A stretch of DNA of 64,000 bases, taken from positions 1 to 64,000 of IMG/VR virus record IMGVR_UViG_3300048999_000173. One strand, given 5' to 3'. Below the pieces are notes generated by a model that saw only the letters and a list, made by a program, of their open reading frames with translations, had not been told where the DNA came from and did not search any database. Within the stretch, counting starts at the first letter, position 1, and the number at the start of each line of letters is the position of its first letter. Made by a program: the position numbers and the translations under genes. Positions 26,656 to 36,178 of the stretch are shown piece after piece. The stretch comes from a virus.

Positions 26656-27028
26656 CCTGACCAACAAGCAGCTCCAGGCCCGAACCATCGCGATTGCCAA
26701 GCAGGCCGCCCGCAGCAGCCAAGAGATCAACCAGGTGGCCTCGCTGTTCGCTGAGGAAGCCCGCGACACCCGCCGCATCGTCAACATGATCGGCTCGAAG
26801 AAGGTCGACCCCGACACGGTGGCGGAGACGGAAGAACTCGCAAAGATCATCGACGGGCTGTCGGACGCCGCCCTCACCTACGCCACCACCACCGAGGACA
26901 CCTCCCGCAGCGCCGACTGGACCGCACAAACGGCCCGCACCGTCCACGACAACATCGGCGAACAGGTCAACCGCTCGCCGGCCCGCAACATCCACGACGT
27001 CCAACGCGAATGGCTCCAGCAGCAGTAA
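26648..27028 (+). CDS. small helical transfer-associated protein
   Basis: amphipathic helical hairpin, directly upstream of the FtsK gene. Confidence 0.75.
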   Translation: MSDLTNKQLQARTIAIAKQAARSSQEINQVASLFAEEARDTRRIVNMIGSKKVDPDTVAETEELAKIIDGLSDAALTYATTTEDTSRSADWTAQTARTVHDNIGEQVNRSPARNIHDVQREWLQQQ

Positions 27029-27080
27029 CCCCCGCCCACACCGTCACCACCCGCCAACCCGACAGGAGAACCCGCCCCTC

Positions 27081-29408
27081 ATGACCACGGCCACCACCAC
27101 CCAGCACCGGCCCGGCACCGAGCGCGCCATCGCCGCCGTCACCGCCGCCGCCCCCGTGGCCGTCGGCATCCTCACCCCCTTCCTGGACGGCGACGCCACC
27201 ACCGTCCTCGCAGGCACCTACGTTGCAGCCAGCGCCCTCACCATCAGCAACGCCATGAACTTGATCCCAGCCGACCTCGCCGAACAACTCCCCGCCTCCG
27301 ACGTCCTGAAGGCACACAAGGCCACCCTGTTCGGATCCACCCTCACCACCGGCCTCGCCCTCGCCATGGGCTCCTTCGCAGGCGGGCCCGGCGCCGACGC
27401 GCTGATGCTCGGCTGGCTCCACACAGCCTCCAACCCGATCCCCGGGATCGTCTCCCTCGGCTGGTGGGCCGCCACCCTCCTCGTCCCCTACAAACTGCGC
27501 CGCATCCTCTGGCCCACCCGCGCCCGCAAGACCGCCCAGCCCGCCCGCCCGCAGCGTCCGGCCCAGCACCCGGCCATGCCCGCCCTTCCCCCCGACGTCC
27601 ACGACATCCTCGCCAAGTGGGGCCAGCACATCTCCCCGGACACCGGCACCCACAAGGGACAAGTCCTCCACGTCACCCACTTCGTCCCCGGCCGGTACTG
27701 GAAGGGAACCATCACCGCCACCACCCCCGGCGCCCCCGTCACCGTCACCCCCGAAACCGTCTCCGGCGTCTACCGCAAGCCCGCCGAATGGATCCACATC
27801 AACACCGGTGCACACGCAGGGGAACGCCACATCACCGTCAACCTGACCGCCCCACCGGAACTCGACACCAGCACTCTCCAAGGCGCCTGGCGCAAGTGGG
27901 CCGCCCGCTCCGGCGGCATCATGGCCGACACCCACCTCGAGAACGTGCAGGACGACCCCAACACCGGCGGCCAAGTCGCCGTCGTCGTCGCCGGAGAGAA
28001 CCTCGACAAGCTGCCAGTCCCCGACCGGGCCTCCCTCGCCGGAGCCCTCCGCACCAAGCCTCTCCTCATCTCCTACGAGCTGCGCCAGGACCCCCGCCAG
28101 GCCGTCATCCGCAAGATGGACCGCAACCCCCTCCAAGACGGCGCCGAATTCCCCGGCCTCCACGTCCTCAAGCCCAACGCCAACGGCTACATCCAGATCG
28201 GCCCCGGCATCAGCGGCTTCCCCGCCCGCATCCAACTCCACGACCCGAAACTGGGCGGCCAGCACGTCATCGTCGCCGGCGTCACCGGATCCGGGAAAGG
28301 CGGAACCCTCCAACTCATCGCCCTCGCCCACCACACCAGCGGATCAGCGATCATCTACGCCGACCCCAAGGGCTCCAGCAACCCCGCCATCACCAAGATG
28401 GCCGCCTACTCCGGCCTCGGCGAAGACGCCGCAATGGGCGCCCTCCGCATCTGGTACCACGGCCTGATGCGCCGCATCGAAGCGTCAGCGCGCGCGGAGA
28501 TGAAGAACTTCAAGCCCGCCAAGGACCGCCCCTGGGCCCCCCTCATCTTCGACGAGGCCAGCACCTTGCTGACCTCCGCCACCTACAAGAAGGAAGCCGT
28601 CCACATCATCAAGGACGGAGCAAAAAAGGGCCGCTCCCTCGGCATGCCGATCGTCCTCGCCAACCAGATCCTCCAACTGGCTGAACTGGGCGGCGAATCA
28701 GCCATCCGCGACAACATGTTCTACGGCGGCTCCCTCATCCTCCTGCGCTCCGACAGCTCCCAGAAGCACCTCGTCGACCTCCCCGACACGTTCGCCGGCT
28801 GCAACCCCGCCGACATCCCCCCCGCCTGGGCCGAAGACCGCGCCCTCGTCTTCGACCCCAACACCCCCCAGAACGACCCCATCCGCACCTTCGGCCTCAA
28901 CTTCTGCGCAGCCCCCGGCGCGCACGCCGAAATGTCCCGCACCTGGATCCTCGAGGACGCCACCCCCTACATCGAACAGGACAACGTCGGCATCCCTCAC
29001 GACTGGCCCTTCTGGGAAGACCGCCACGAACTCGCCCAGATCTCCGTCCTCCCCGACGGCGAAGGCAACGAGGACGACGACTACGAAGGCGGATCAGCCG
29101 GCACCTTCCTCACCGGACTCGACATCGGCCCGAAGAAGCCCGCCAGCGCCGACGACAAGATCCTCACCGCGCTCAAGGACGTCGCCGACCCCATGGGCCT
29201 CGAGTCCATCTACCTCGACAAGCCCACCATCACGCGGATCACCAGCGTCGAAGGCTCCACCCTCGACAACGCCCTCTCCCGCCTCGCCACCAACGGCAAA
29301 ATCCACCGCCAGATCAAGGACGGCAAGGAGATCCGCGGCATGTACGCCCACGGCCCCCGCCCCATCACCCCCACCGACGAGACCGACAACGGAGACGCGA
29401 CAACCTGA
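27081..29408 (+). CDS. traB: TraB-type FtsK/SpoIIIE conjugative DNA translocase
   Basis: N-terminal TM helices; Walker A GVTGSGKG; Walker B LIFDEA; GRSLGM..VLANQ; C-terminal winged helix. Confidence 0.85.
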   Translation: MTTATTTQHRPGTERAIAAVTAAAPVAVGILTPFLDGDATTVLAGTYVAASALTISNAMNLIPADLAEQLPASDVLKAHKATLFGSTLTTGLALAMGSFAGGPGADALMLGWLHTASNPIPGIVSLGWWAATLLVPYKLRRILWPTRARKTAQPARPQRPAQHPAMPALPPDVHDILAKWGQHISPDTGTHKGQVLHVTHFVPGRYWKGTITATTPGAPVTVTPETVSGVYRKPAEWIHINTGAHAGERHITVNLTAPPELDTSTLQGAWRKWAARSGGIMADTHLENVQDDPNTGGQVAVVVAGENLDKLPVPDRASLAGALRTKPLLISYELRQDPRQAVIRKMDRNPLQDGAEFPGLHVLKPNANGYIQIGPGISGFPARIQLHDPKLGGQHVIVAGVTGSGKGGTLQLIALAHHTSGSAIIYADPKGSSNPAITKMAAYSGLGEDAAMGALRIWYHGLMRRIEASARAEMKNFKPAKDRPWAPLIFDEASTLLTSATYKKEAVHIIKDGAKKGRSLGMPIVLANQILQLAELGGESAIRDNMFYGGSLILLRSDSSQKHLVDLPDTFAGCNPADIPPAWAEDRALVFDPNTPQNDPIRTFGLNFCAAPGAHAEMSRTWILEDATPYIEQDNVGIPHDWPFWEDRHELAQISVLPDGEGNEDDDYEGGSAGTFLTGLDIGPKKPASADDKILTALKDVADPMGLESIYLDKPTITRITSVEGSTLDNALSRLATNGKIHRQIKDGKEIRGMYAHGPRPITPTDETDNGDATT

Positions 29409-29530
29409 CCGCCCGCCCAGCGACCCAAGCGACTGAGCCCCCGACCACACCCGGCCGGGGGCCCAGTCGCGTCCGATGGGGAGGGGGAAGGCGGCTCAGA
29501 CAAACACCGAAACGTACGGCAGCATCAGAA

Positions 29531-29609
29531 GTGCGCGGCCCGGGAGCTGCTTATTCCTTGAGAGACGTCCCCGCGCCCCTCGCAGGAGAACATGGCCCGG
29601 GCCGCGCAC
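29531..29609 (+). ncRNA. putative ~80-nt hairpin small RNA
   Basis: perfect 14-bp closing stem, internal bubble, second stem; promoter-like CAGACA-17 nt-CAGCAT just upstream. Confidence 0.35.
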
Positions 29610-29730
29610 CCCCTGCATATATGCGCCCCTCGCCGGGCAGCAGTACCCGCATACCCCCCCGGCATCCGAGCCCCGCAGCCCCGACCCAGTACCCCCAGTA
29701 CCAGGTTGGGGCTGCGGCACACCCCCAACC

Positions 29731-30177
29731 TCACGCACCCGGATGCGACCGGAACCACGCCACCATCCGCTGCAACGGCAACCCCACCGCCAGCATGTTC
29801 CCCCTCCCCGCCAGGTTGTCCCGACCGTAGTGATCGGCCTGCGCATCCGCCTGGCCCACGTACCCGATGGGCTCCGCATACACCGTGGCGTCCGCCGCCT
29901 TCATCGCATCCCGCACCCGGTCGGCCGCCGCCAGCTTCCGCGTCATGAACGCCTGACAGTCCGCCGCGTCCGTACACCCCGGCGCCACCACCTCCTGATA
30001 CGCCGCCAACGCCTCACGCGGCGACAACGCGGCCGCAGACGAGGCCGCGGCCGACACGGACGCAGACGACCCAGCGCCCGCCGTCTCGTCCCCGCCACTG
30101 CTCGAGCAGCCCGCCACCAACACCCCCACGACCACCGCACACACGGCCGCCGCCCCCCTCACACCCATACGTCTCAT
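29731..30177 (-). CDS. lipoprotein
   Basis: basic n-region, hydrophobic core, lipobox VAGC, Ser/Ala linker. Confidence 0.8.
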   Translation of the reverse strand: MRRMGVRGAAAVCAVVVGVLVAGCSSSGGDETAGAGSSASVSAAASSAAALSPREALAAYQEVVAPGCTDAADCQAFMTRKLAAADRVRDAMKAADATVYAEPIGYVGQADAQADHYGRDNLAGRGNMLAVGLPLQRMVAWFRSHPGA

Positions 30178-30244
30178 CCGCGCAGGATGACCCCACACCC
30201 CGGCCAGGGGGAACACACAGGCGGAAATCGGCGATCATTCGACA

Positions 30245-30257
30245 CAGGCGCGGGGCC
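30245..30257 (+). promoter_or_regulatory. late-gene leader motif CAGGCGCGGGGCC (copy 1, before terS)
   Basis: the same 13-mer occurs at 32497 and 34465. Confidence 0.55.
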
Positions 30258-30290
30258 GACAACCACACACCGAGCGGGAGCCCCACCGCC

Positions 30291-30848
30291 ATGGCCTGGT
30301 CGAAATACAAGCTGGACGAAGTCATCGTCCGCCGCACCAAACTCCTCGAGCTGCGCCGCCAAGGCGTCCGATACGACGACGAGCGCATCGAGAAGCTCGG
30401 CTACAGCAGCCCCGGCGCCGCCCGCAAAGACCTCGCACGCGCCCTCGAAGCCCACCGCGACGAGGAAGCCGCCGAGGTCGGCATCTACCGGCAGCAGGAG
30501 AACGAACGCCTCGACGCCCTTCTCGAGGCCGTATGGTCGCGCGCCACCACCCTCTCACCCGTCCTCGATAAGGAAGGCGAGGTCATAGACCACGTCCTGG
30601 ACGTGAAGGCCGTCGACACCGTGCTGCGCCTCATGGACCGCCGCGCCAAACTCAACGGCCTTGACATGCCCGTCAAGGCGGAACTGTCCGGGCCCAACGG
30701 AGGCGCCCTGAGGATCGGGCCGGCCGGAATCGATGAACTGAACAAGCTGATCAACATGGCTGGCGACCCCGACGCCGAAGACGACGCCCCGGTCGAAGAC
30801 GAAGAACTGGAAGACGGCGACGTGGATGACGACGGCGACCACACCTGA
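30291..30848 (+). CDS. terS: terminase small subunit
   Basis: HTH (LELRRQGVRY..IEKLGYSSPGAARKD); RLMDRRAKLNGLD; immediately upstream of TerL. Confidence 0.8.
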   Translation: MAWSKYKLDEVIVRRTKLLELRRQGVRYDDERIEKLGYSSPGAARKDLARALEAHRDEEAAEVGIYRQQENERLDALLEAVWSRATTLSPVLDKEGEVIDHVLDVKAVDTVLRLMDRRAKLNGLDMPVKAELSGPNGGALRIGPAGIDELNKLINMAGDPDAEDDAPVEDEELEDGDVDDDGDHT

Positions 30849-32442
30849 CCAGTGGGACGGCCTCGAAGAACACGAAGTCGTCCAAGAGGCCGAAGCCCTC
30901 CTCCAACTCGTCGCCCGCTACCGGCGCCTCAACCGCGCCCAACGCCGCCGCATCGCCTTCCAGGCCAGCCCCGAAGTCCGCAGCGTCCTGGCCCAGGTCG
31001 AGTGCGACATGGCGCTCGAGCGATCCCCCGGCTCGATGGCCGCAGTCCTCACCGACGGACGCGAAAAGCAGGCCCGCCACCTCGACCTGATCGACCGAGT
31101 GTTCCGCGACATCGCCCGCGGCCACTCCCGCAAGGTCCTCATCACCATGCCCCCACGGCACGGCAAGTCCCGCCGCGCCGCCCGCTGGGCCCCCCTGTGG
31201 TTCCTGTCCCGGCACCCCGACCGCCGCGTAATGATCGCCTCCTACAGTGCCGACCTCGCCGACGACCACGGCCGGTGGATCCGCGACGCGATCGTCTCCT
31301 ACGGCCCCCAACTCGGCCTCGCCCTCCACGCCGGATCCAAGGCCGCCAACCGCTTCGACCTCGCCGACCCCGAGACCGGAGAACGCCTCGAAGGCGGCCT
31401 CGTCACCGCAGGCGTCGGCGGAGGCCTCACCGGCAAGGGCGCCCACCTCGCGATCGTCGACGACCCCATCAAGGACGCCGCAGACGCCGAATCACCCACC
31501 ATGCGCAAACGGCTGTGGGAGTGGTGGACATCCGTCCTCAACACCCGCGTCGAACCCGGCGGATCCATCATCGTCATCCAGACCAGATGGCACGAAAAGG
31601 ACCTCGCCGGCCGCATCCTCGAAGGCGAAGACGCCTCCGACTGGACCGTCATCGACCTGCCCGCGATCTGCGACAGCGAAGACGACCCCCTGGGCCGGGA
31701 GATCGGACAGCCGCTGTGGCCCATCCGATACGGCCTCAAAGCCCTCGAGAAGATCCGGCGCGCGGTCGGGGAACGCGTCTGGTGGTCCCTCTTCCAGCAG
31801 AAGCCACGCCCCCTCGAAGGCGGCGTGTGGAAGTGGCCATGGATCACCGACAACCGGATCAGTGCCGAGCGCTACCGGGCTGTCGACCTTTCGCGCACCG
31901 TCGTCGCCGTCGACCAGGCCGGAGGCGAGGGCGACACCCACGACGAGACCGGCATCATCGGCGCCGGCCGGACCACCGACGGCAACATGTACGTCCTCGC
32001 CGACCGGTCGGCGAACATGGGCGCGGACACGTGGGGGCACGTAGCGTGCCGCCTGGCCATCGAGCTGAAGGCCGACGCGTTCGTCGTCGAAGACAACTTC
32101 GGCGGCGACCAGTCCTCCCAGATCATCCGTCAGGCTTGGCGTGACCTGCAACGATCCGGGGAGACGGAGGGCCTCATCATGCCCCTGATCATCCCCGTGC
32201 ACGCCAAGCAGGGTAAGAAGCTTCGCGCCGAACCCATCGGCCAACTCGCTGCGCAGGCCCTCATCCACCACGTCGGCGAGTTCCCCCGCCTCGAAGGCCA
32301 GTTGGTCACCTGGATACCCGGCATGGATTCCCCGGACCGTATGGACGCCTACGTTCACGCCCTCACCGAACTTGCCGACCCTGCGCAAGAGGGCATCGGC
32401 GCTCAGCAGTATTCCGACCAGCGCCTCCGAGGCCGCCGCTGA
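30826..32442 (+). CDS. terL: terminase large subunit
   Basis: MPPRHGKS, AIVDDP, IIVIQTRWH, nuclease VAVD, DETGII, SPDRMDA. Confidence 0.95.
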   Translation: MTTATTPDQWDGLEEHEVVQEAEALLQLVARYRRLNRAQRRRIAFQASPEVRSVLAQVECDMALERSPGSMAAVLTDGREKQARHLDLIDRVFRDIARGHSRKVLITMPPRHGKSRRAARWAPLWFLSRHPDRRVMIASYSADLADDHGRWIRDAIVSYGPQLGLALHAGSKAANRFDLADPETGERLEGGLVTAGVGGGLTGKGAHLAIVDDPIKDAADAESPTMRKRLWEWWTSVLNTRVEPGGSIIVIQTRWHEKDLAGRILEGEDASDWTVIDLPAICDSEDDPLGREIGQPLWPIRYGLKALEKIRRAVGERVWWSLFQQKPRPLEGGVWKWPWITDNRISAERYRAVDLSRTVVAVDQAGGEGDTHDETGIIGAGRTTDGNMYVLADRSANMGADTWGHVACRLAIELKADAFVVEDNFGGDQSSQIIRQAWRDLQRSGETEGLIMPLIIPVHAKQGKKLRAEPIGQLAAQALIHHVGEFPRLEGQLVTWIPGMDSPDRMDAYVHALTELADPAQEGIGAQQYSDQRLRGRR

Positions 32443-32496
32443 CGGCCACCGATCCAGCAGGGGGAAGCACATCGCCCCGCGCCCGTACTCTGATCA

Positions 32497-32511
32497 CAGG
32501 CGCGGGGCCTG
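32497..32511 (+). promoter_or_regulatory. late-gene leader motif (copy 2, before portal)
   Basis: CAGGC-GCGGG-GCCTG hairpin downstream of a TACTCT -10-like box. Confidence 0.55.
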
Positions 32512-32532
32512 CACACGGTGAGGGAGCACGTA

Positions 32533-34443
32533 GTGGGCCTGCGCGAGGTCGTCATTCACGCCTGGTCGTGGCTGAACTACAAGCCCGTCTACTCCGGCCA
32601 CGACGGCGACGGCATGCCCAACCGGCGGGCCTTCCCCGAGTCCACCGCCATGTGGGTCCCCGAAGAGGACCAGAAACGCCTCGCCGCCTACAAGCTCCTC
32701 GCCGCCTACGACAACAACCAGTCCGCGGAACTCTCCGAGGTGTCCGGCGACCTGCACGCCCGTGAGCGGCGCGAGTTCGGCGACCCCTCCATGTACGTGG
32801 AGACCGTCATGTCCCACGTCCTTGGCCGCGAGCAGACCATCACCGTGCCCGGCGCCGACCACGAGGGTGACACCCCCACCCCCGACGAGGCGATGGCCGC
32901 CCGCATTGAGGAACTCCTGCGGGAGTGGGCGGAGGACGAGCAGCTGGCCATGCGGGTCCAGCAGTGCGAACGCAAGGCTGTCAGCCTCGGCGACGGCGTC
33001 TACCGGGTCGCGTGGGAGCCCGGCCGTATGCGGCCCACCGTCCGCGTCCACGACCCCGGCTTCTACTTCCCCGTGCTGCCCGAAGACGGCGACGCCGGCG
33101 ACTACCCCACCCGCGTCCACTTCGCGTGGGAACTCCCCGCCGACGAACGCCGCGGCCTGAAGGCGCGGCTGCGGCGCATCACCTACGAACTGGACTGGAT
33201 CGGCCCCGCGACCGGCTCCGGCGTCGACGAGCAAGGCCGCGCCGTGCGCGCCCCGCTCCCGCCCGACGAACCCGCCCTGGACATGCCGGACAACGAGGTG
33301 CCGCCGCCCCCGATCACCCCCGGCGACGTGTACTACCCGGCCACCGGCGCCATCGCCCGCCAGTACCCGTGGAACGACACCCCCTCCTACGTCACCTGCT
33401 ACCTCACCGACGCCACCTGGCAGTTGGAGGACCTGAAGGGCGCCCCCGACGTCGATTCCCTCCCGCTGTCGTCGGCGACGTTCGCGACCCGCGCGGACGG
33501 AGAGGTCCTCGACCACCTCGACCTGATGATCGACTTCGTTCCGGTGGTCCACCTCCCCAACACCGTCCCCCCGGCAGAAGAGCACTGGGGGCAGAGCAGC
33601 CTCGCCAAGGTCCTGCAGATCTTCGACGAACTCACCTCGTCCGACACCGACTCCGCGAAAGCCTCCGCCACCACCGGTGCCCCCATGATCGGGCTGTGGG
33701 GCAAGGCCGCCGGCTCCAGCATGGAAGCCCACCAGGTCACACCGGGCATGCTCCTGAAACTCGGCGAGAACGGCGGTATGACCGCCCTCGACACCAGCAA
33801 GAACCTCGCCGAACTCCGCAACCACATCCACGACCTGTCCGACCGCGCCGCGAAGGTTGCCCGCCTGCCCGCCGTCGCGCTCGGCACCGTCGACCCCTCT
33901 CTCGTACCGTCCGGGTACGCCCTGGAGATCTCCCTCGGCCCGCTGGACGCCCTCATCGCCTCCATGCGGCTGGCCCGTGACCACAAGTACGCGCTGCTCC
34001 TGAAGATGGTGCAGCGCCTCTACCTGGCCGGACAGCACCCCGACTGGGCGGGCATCACGCCGATGCCCGCGCGCCTCGCGTTCGGCTCCTACAAGCCGAC
34101 CGACAAGGCTGCCGTCCTCGAGCAGGTCACCACCGGCGTCGACAAGGGCGTCATCTCCCTGGAGACCGGCCTGAAAATGCTCGAGGAGGCCGGCTTCCCC
34201 ATCGACGACATCCCGGCGGAGATCGAACGCATCCAGTCCCGCCAGTTCGAAAAGGCCCGCACCCTCGCCGACGCCACTGGAGACACCCAACTGGTCGGCG
34301 ACTTCCTCGGGGTGAAGGTCAACGAACCCGACCCGGCGCCCGCACCACAACTCCCCGCCACACCCGGCGACCGGAACTCGGCCGCGCCCGCTACAGCGGC
34401 AGCCGGACAGGCAGGGCAACAGGACGGGGGGAACACTCCGTGA
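32533..34443 (+). CDS. portal protein
   Basis: follows TerL; AVSLGDGVY, VPVVHLPN, WGQSSL, PSGYAL motifs. Confidence 0.85.
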   Translation: MGLREVVIHAWSWLNYKPVYSGHDGDGMPNRRAFPESTAMWVPEEDQKRLAAYKLLAAYDNNQSAELSEVSGDLHARERREFGDPSMYVETVMSHVLGREQTITVPGADHEGDTPTPDEAMAARIEELLREWAEDEQLAMRVQQCERKAVSLGDGVYRVAWEPGRMRPTVRVHDPGFYFPVLPEDGDAGDYPTRVHFAWELPADERRGLKARLRRITYELDWIGPATGSGVDEQGRAVRAPLPPDEPALDMPDNEVPPPPITPGDVYYPATGAIARQYPWNDTPSYVTCYLTDATWQLEDLKGAPDVDSLPLSSATFATRADGEVLDHLDLMIDFVPVVHLPNTVPPAEEHWGQSSLAKVLQIFDELTSSDTDSAKASATTGAPMIGLWGKAAGSSMEAHQVTPGMLLKLGENGGMTALDTSKNLAELRNHIHDLSDRAAKVARLPAVALGTVDPSLVPSGYALEISLGPLDALIASMRLARDHKYALLLKMVQRLYLAGQHPDWAGITPMPARLAFGSYKPTDKAAVLEQVTTGVDKGVISLETGLKMLEEAGFPIDDIPAEIERIQSRQFEKARTLADATGDTQLVGDFLGVKVNEPDPAPAPQLPATPGDRNSAAPATAAAGQAGQQDGGNTP

Positions 34444-34464
34444 GATCTGTGCTGGACTTGATCT

Positions 34465-34479
34465 CAGGCGCGGGGCCTG
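34465..34479 (+). promoter_or_regulatory. late-gene leader motif (copy 3, before scaffold)
   Basis: TGATCTCAGGCGCGGGGCCTG versus TGATCACAGGCGCGGGGCCTG at 32491. Confidence 0.55.
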
Positions 34480-34505
34480 AACTGTCCTTGGGAGGACTGT
34501 CCCCG

Positions 34506-35297
34506 ATGCGTCGCCCCGCGCAGCACCACCTCGGCCCCATCGCTCGCACCTGGGCCCACCCCTACCACGGGGTGGCAGGCCTCGCCGTGTTCTACAACGA
34601 CGGCGGCCAGAACCCGGCGGTGCCCCCGGTGGTACCCCCGGCTACTGACCCGGCCGCCGGAGACCCCCCCAAGCCGGGACCGCCCGCCGCCCGCACCTTC
34701 ACCCAGGCCGAAGTCGAAGCACTCGCCGCCCGGGAGAAGGCTCAGGGCAAGCGGTCGGCCGCCAAGGAGTTCGCCGAGAAGCACGGCTTCAGCACCATCG
34801 AGGACGCTGAGGCGTTCATCGCCACCGCCCGCAAGGCGCAAGAGGACGCCCTGTCTGAGCAGGAGCGCGCCCAGAAGCAGCTCGAGGACGACCGTGCCCG
34901 CGTGGAGTCCGAACGGACCACGCTGGCCGCTGAACGCCGCACCCTGCGACGTGAGCAGGCCCTTGCCCGCCTTGGGGCCGTCGACATCACCGACGAGCAG
35001 GGGCAGGTCGTCCCCAACCTGGCGGACGCGCTCGCCATGCTGGACCGGGACCTCAGCGCAACCCCCGACGCCGACGAACAGACGGTCACAGAAGCCGCCA
35101 CCAGGCTGAAAGCCCGCCGCCCCGAACTCTTCGGCGCACCTGCCACCGTTCCGGCCGCCGGGCAGATGCCGCCCGCGCCGGGCGGGGCCCCAGCCGGCGG
35201 CCCGCCCCCGCGGCAGACGCCCGCAGGGAAGCCCGGAGACCGCGGACGGGAGATGGCACGCCTGCGCGGCCACGTCCGCGACAGCAAAGCCGCATAG
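34506..35297 (+). CDS. capsid scaffolding protein
   Basis: GGAGGA RBS; TFTQAEV, coiled coil, RPELF, C-terminal GREMARLR. Confidence 0.85.
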   Translation: MRRPAQHHLGPIARTWAHPYHGVAGLAVFYNDGGQNPAVPPVVPPATDPAAGDPPKPGPPAARTFTQAEVEALAAREKAQGKRSAAKEFAEKHGFSTIEDAEAFIATARKAQEDALSEQERAQKQLEDDRARVESERTTLAAERRTLRREQALARLGAVDITDEQGQVVPNLADALAMLDRDLSATPDADEQTVTEAATRLKARRPELFGAPATVPAAGQMPPAPGGAPAGGPPPRQTPAGKPGDRGREMARLRGHVRDSKAA

Positions 35298-35409
35298 ACC
35301 ACCCCGGCCCACCCCGGGCCGGGTTAATGGGACCACGCCCTCTCCACGTGGACGCGCACCCCCGGGGTGCCGCTGTCACCGCACCCCCGCAGTTCACCAG
35401 GAGAAGGCC

Positions 35410-36159
35410 GTGAACGACTTCCAGCCCTACTCCTACACGGACAGCGTCACCGCCGACCGGCCGTGGCTCGCGTCCCTGGTAGGAGTCCAGGACACCAACA
35501 GCATCACCCTCGACCTGACCAAGTTCACGCAGGGCACCCACTACGTGACCTCCGCGAACCCGGCCCTGCAGGGCCGCAACGTCATGAAGTCCGGCATCCC
35601 GCTGGGCAAACTCAACTCCTCCGGCCTCTACGCCCCGTACTCGGGGCCCCGGTCCGAGGTCCAGACCGTCACCATCACCGGCGGCCCCACCGGCGGGACC
35701 TACACCCTGACCTTCTCGGGTCAGACCACCGCCGCGATCCCGTACAACGCGACCGCCGCCCAGGTGAAGACCGCGCTGGAGGCCCTGTCCAACGTGGCGG
35801 TCGGGGAGGTCGCCGTTTCCGGTGGCCCGCACCCCGGCACGGCGATCGTCGTCACGTTCGGCGGCCAGTACATGGGCGACGACGTTCCCCAGATGACCGC
35901 CACCAGTTCCCTCACCGGCGGCACCAGCCCGGCCGTCGCCGTGGCCACCACCACCGCGGGCGGCGGCGCCTCTGCGTCCGACGGCAGCGAGGTCCTCGCC
36001 GGATTCCTCGTCTCGGAGATCAGCTTCAACCCGACCTCCGTCAAGGCGGCCGGCGCACTGCTGTGGCGCGGCGAGGTCTTCGCCGACCAGTGCCCCATCC
36101 CGTTCGACCCCACCGACGTCGCGTCCACCGCGCCCGGCGTCAACATCCACTACCGGTAA
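35410..36159 (+). CDS. head decoration protein with an inserted ~100-aa beta-rich module
   Basis: SGIPLGK..SGLYAPY and ASDG..VLAGFL are split by an EVQTVTITG module. Confidence 0.8.
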   Translation: MNDFQPYSYTDSVTADRPWLASLVGVQDTNSITLDLTKFTQGTHYVTSANPALQGRNVMKSGIPLGKLNSSGLYAPYSGPRSEVQTVTITGGPTGGTYTLTFSGQTTAAIPYNATAAQVKTALEALSNVAVGEVAVSGGPHPGTAIVVTFGGQYMGDDVPQMTATSSLTGGTSPAVAVATTTAGGGASASDGSEVLAGFLVSEISFNPTSVKAAGALLWRGEVFADQCPIPFDPTDVASTAPGVNIHYR

Positions 36160-36178
36160 GTAGAAGGAGCCGACCACC

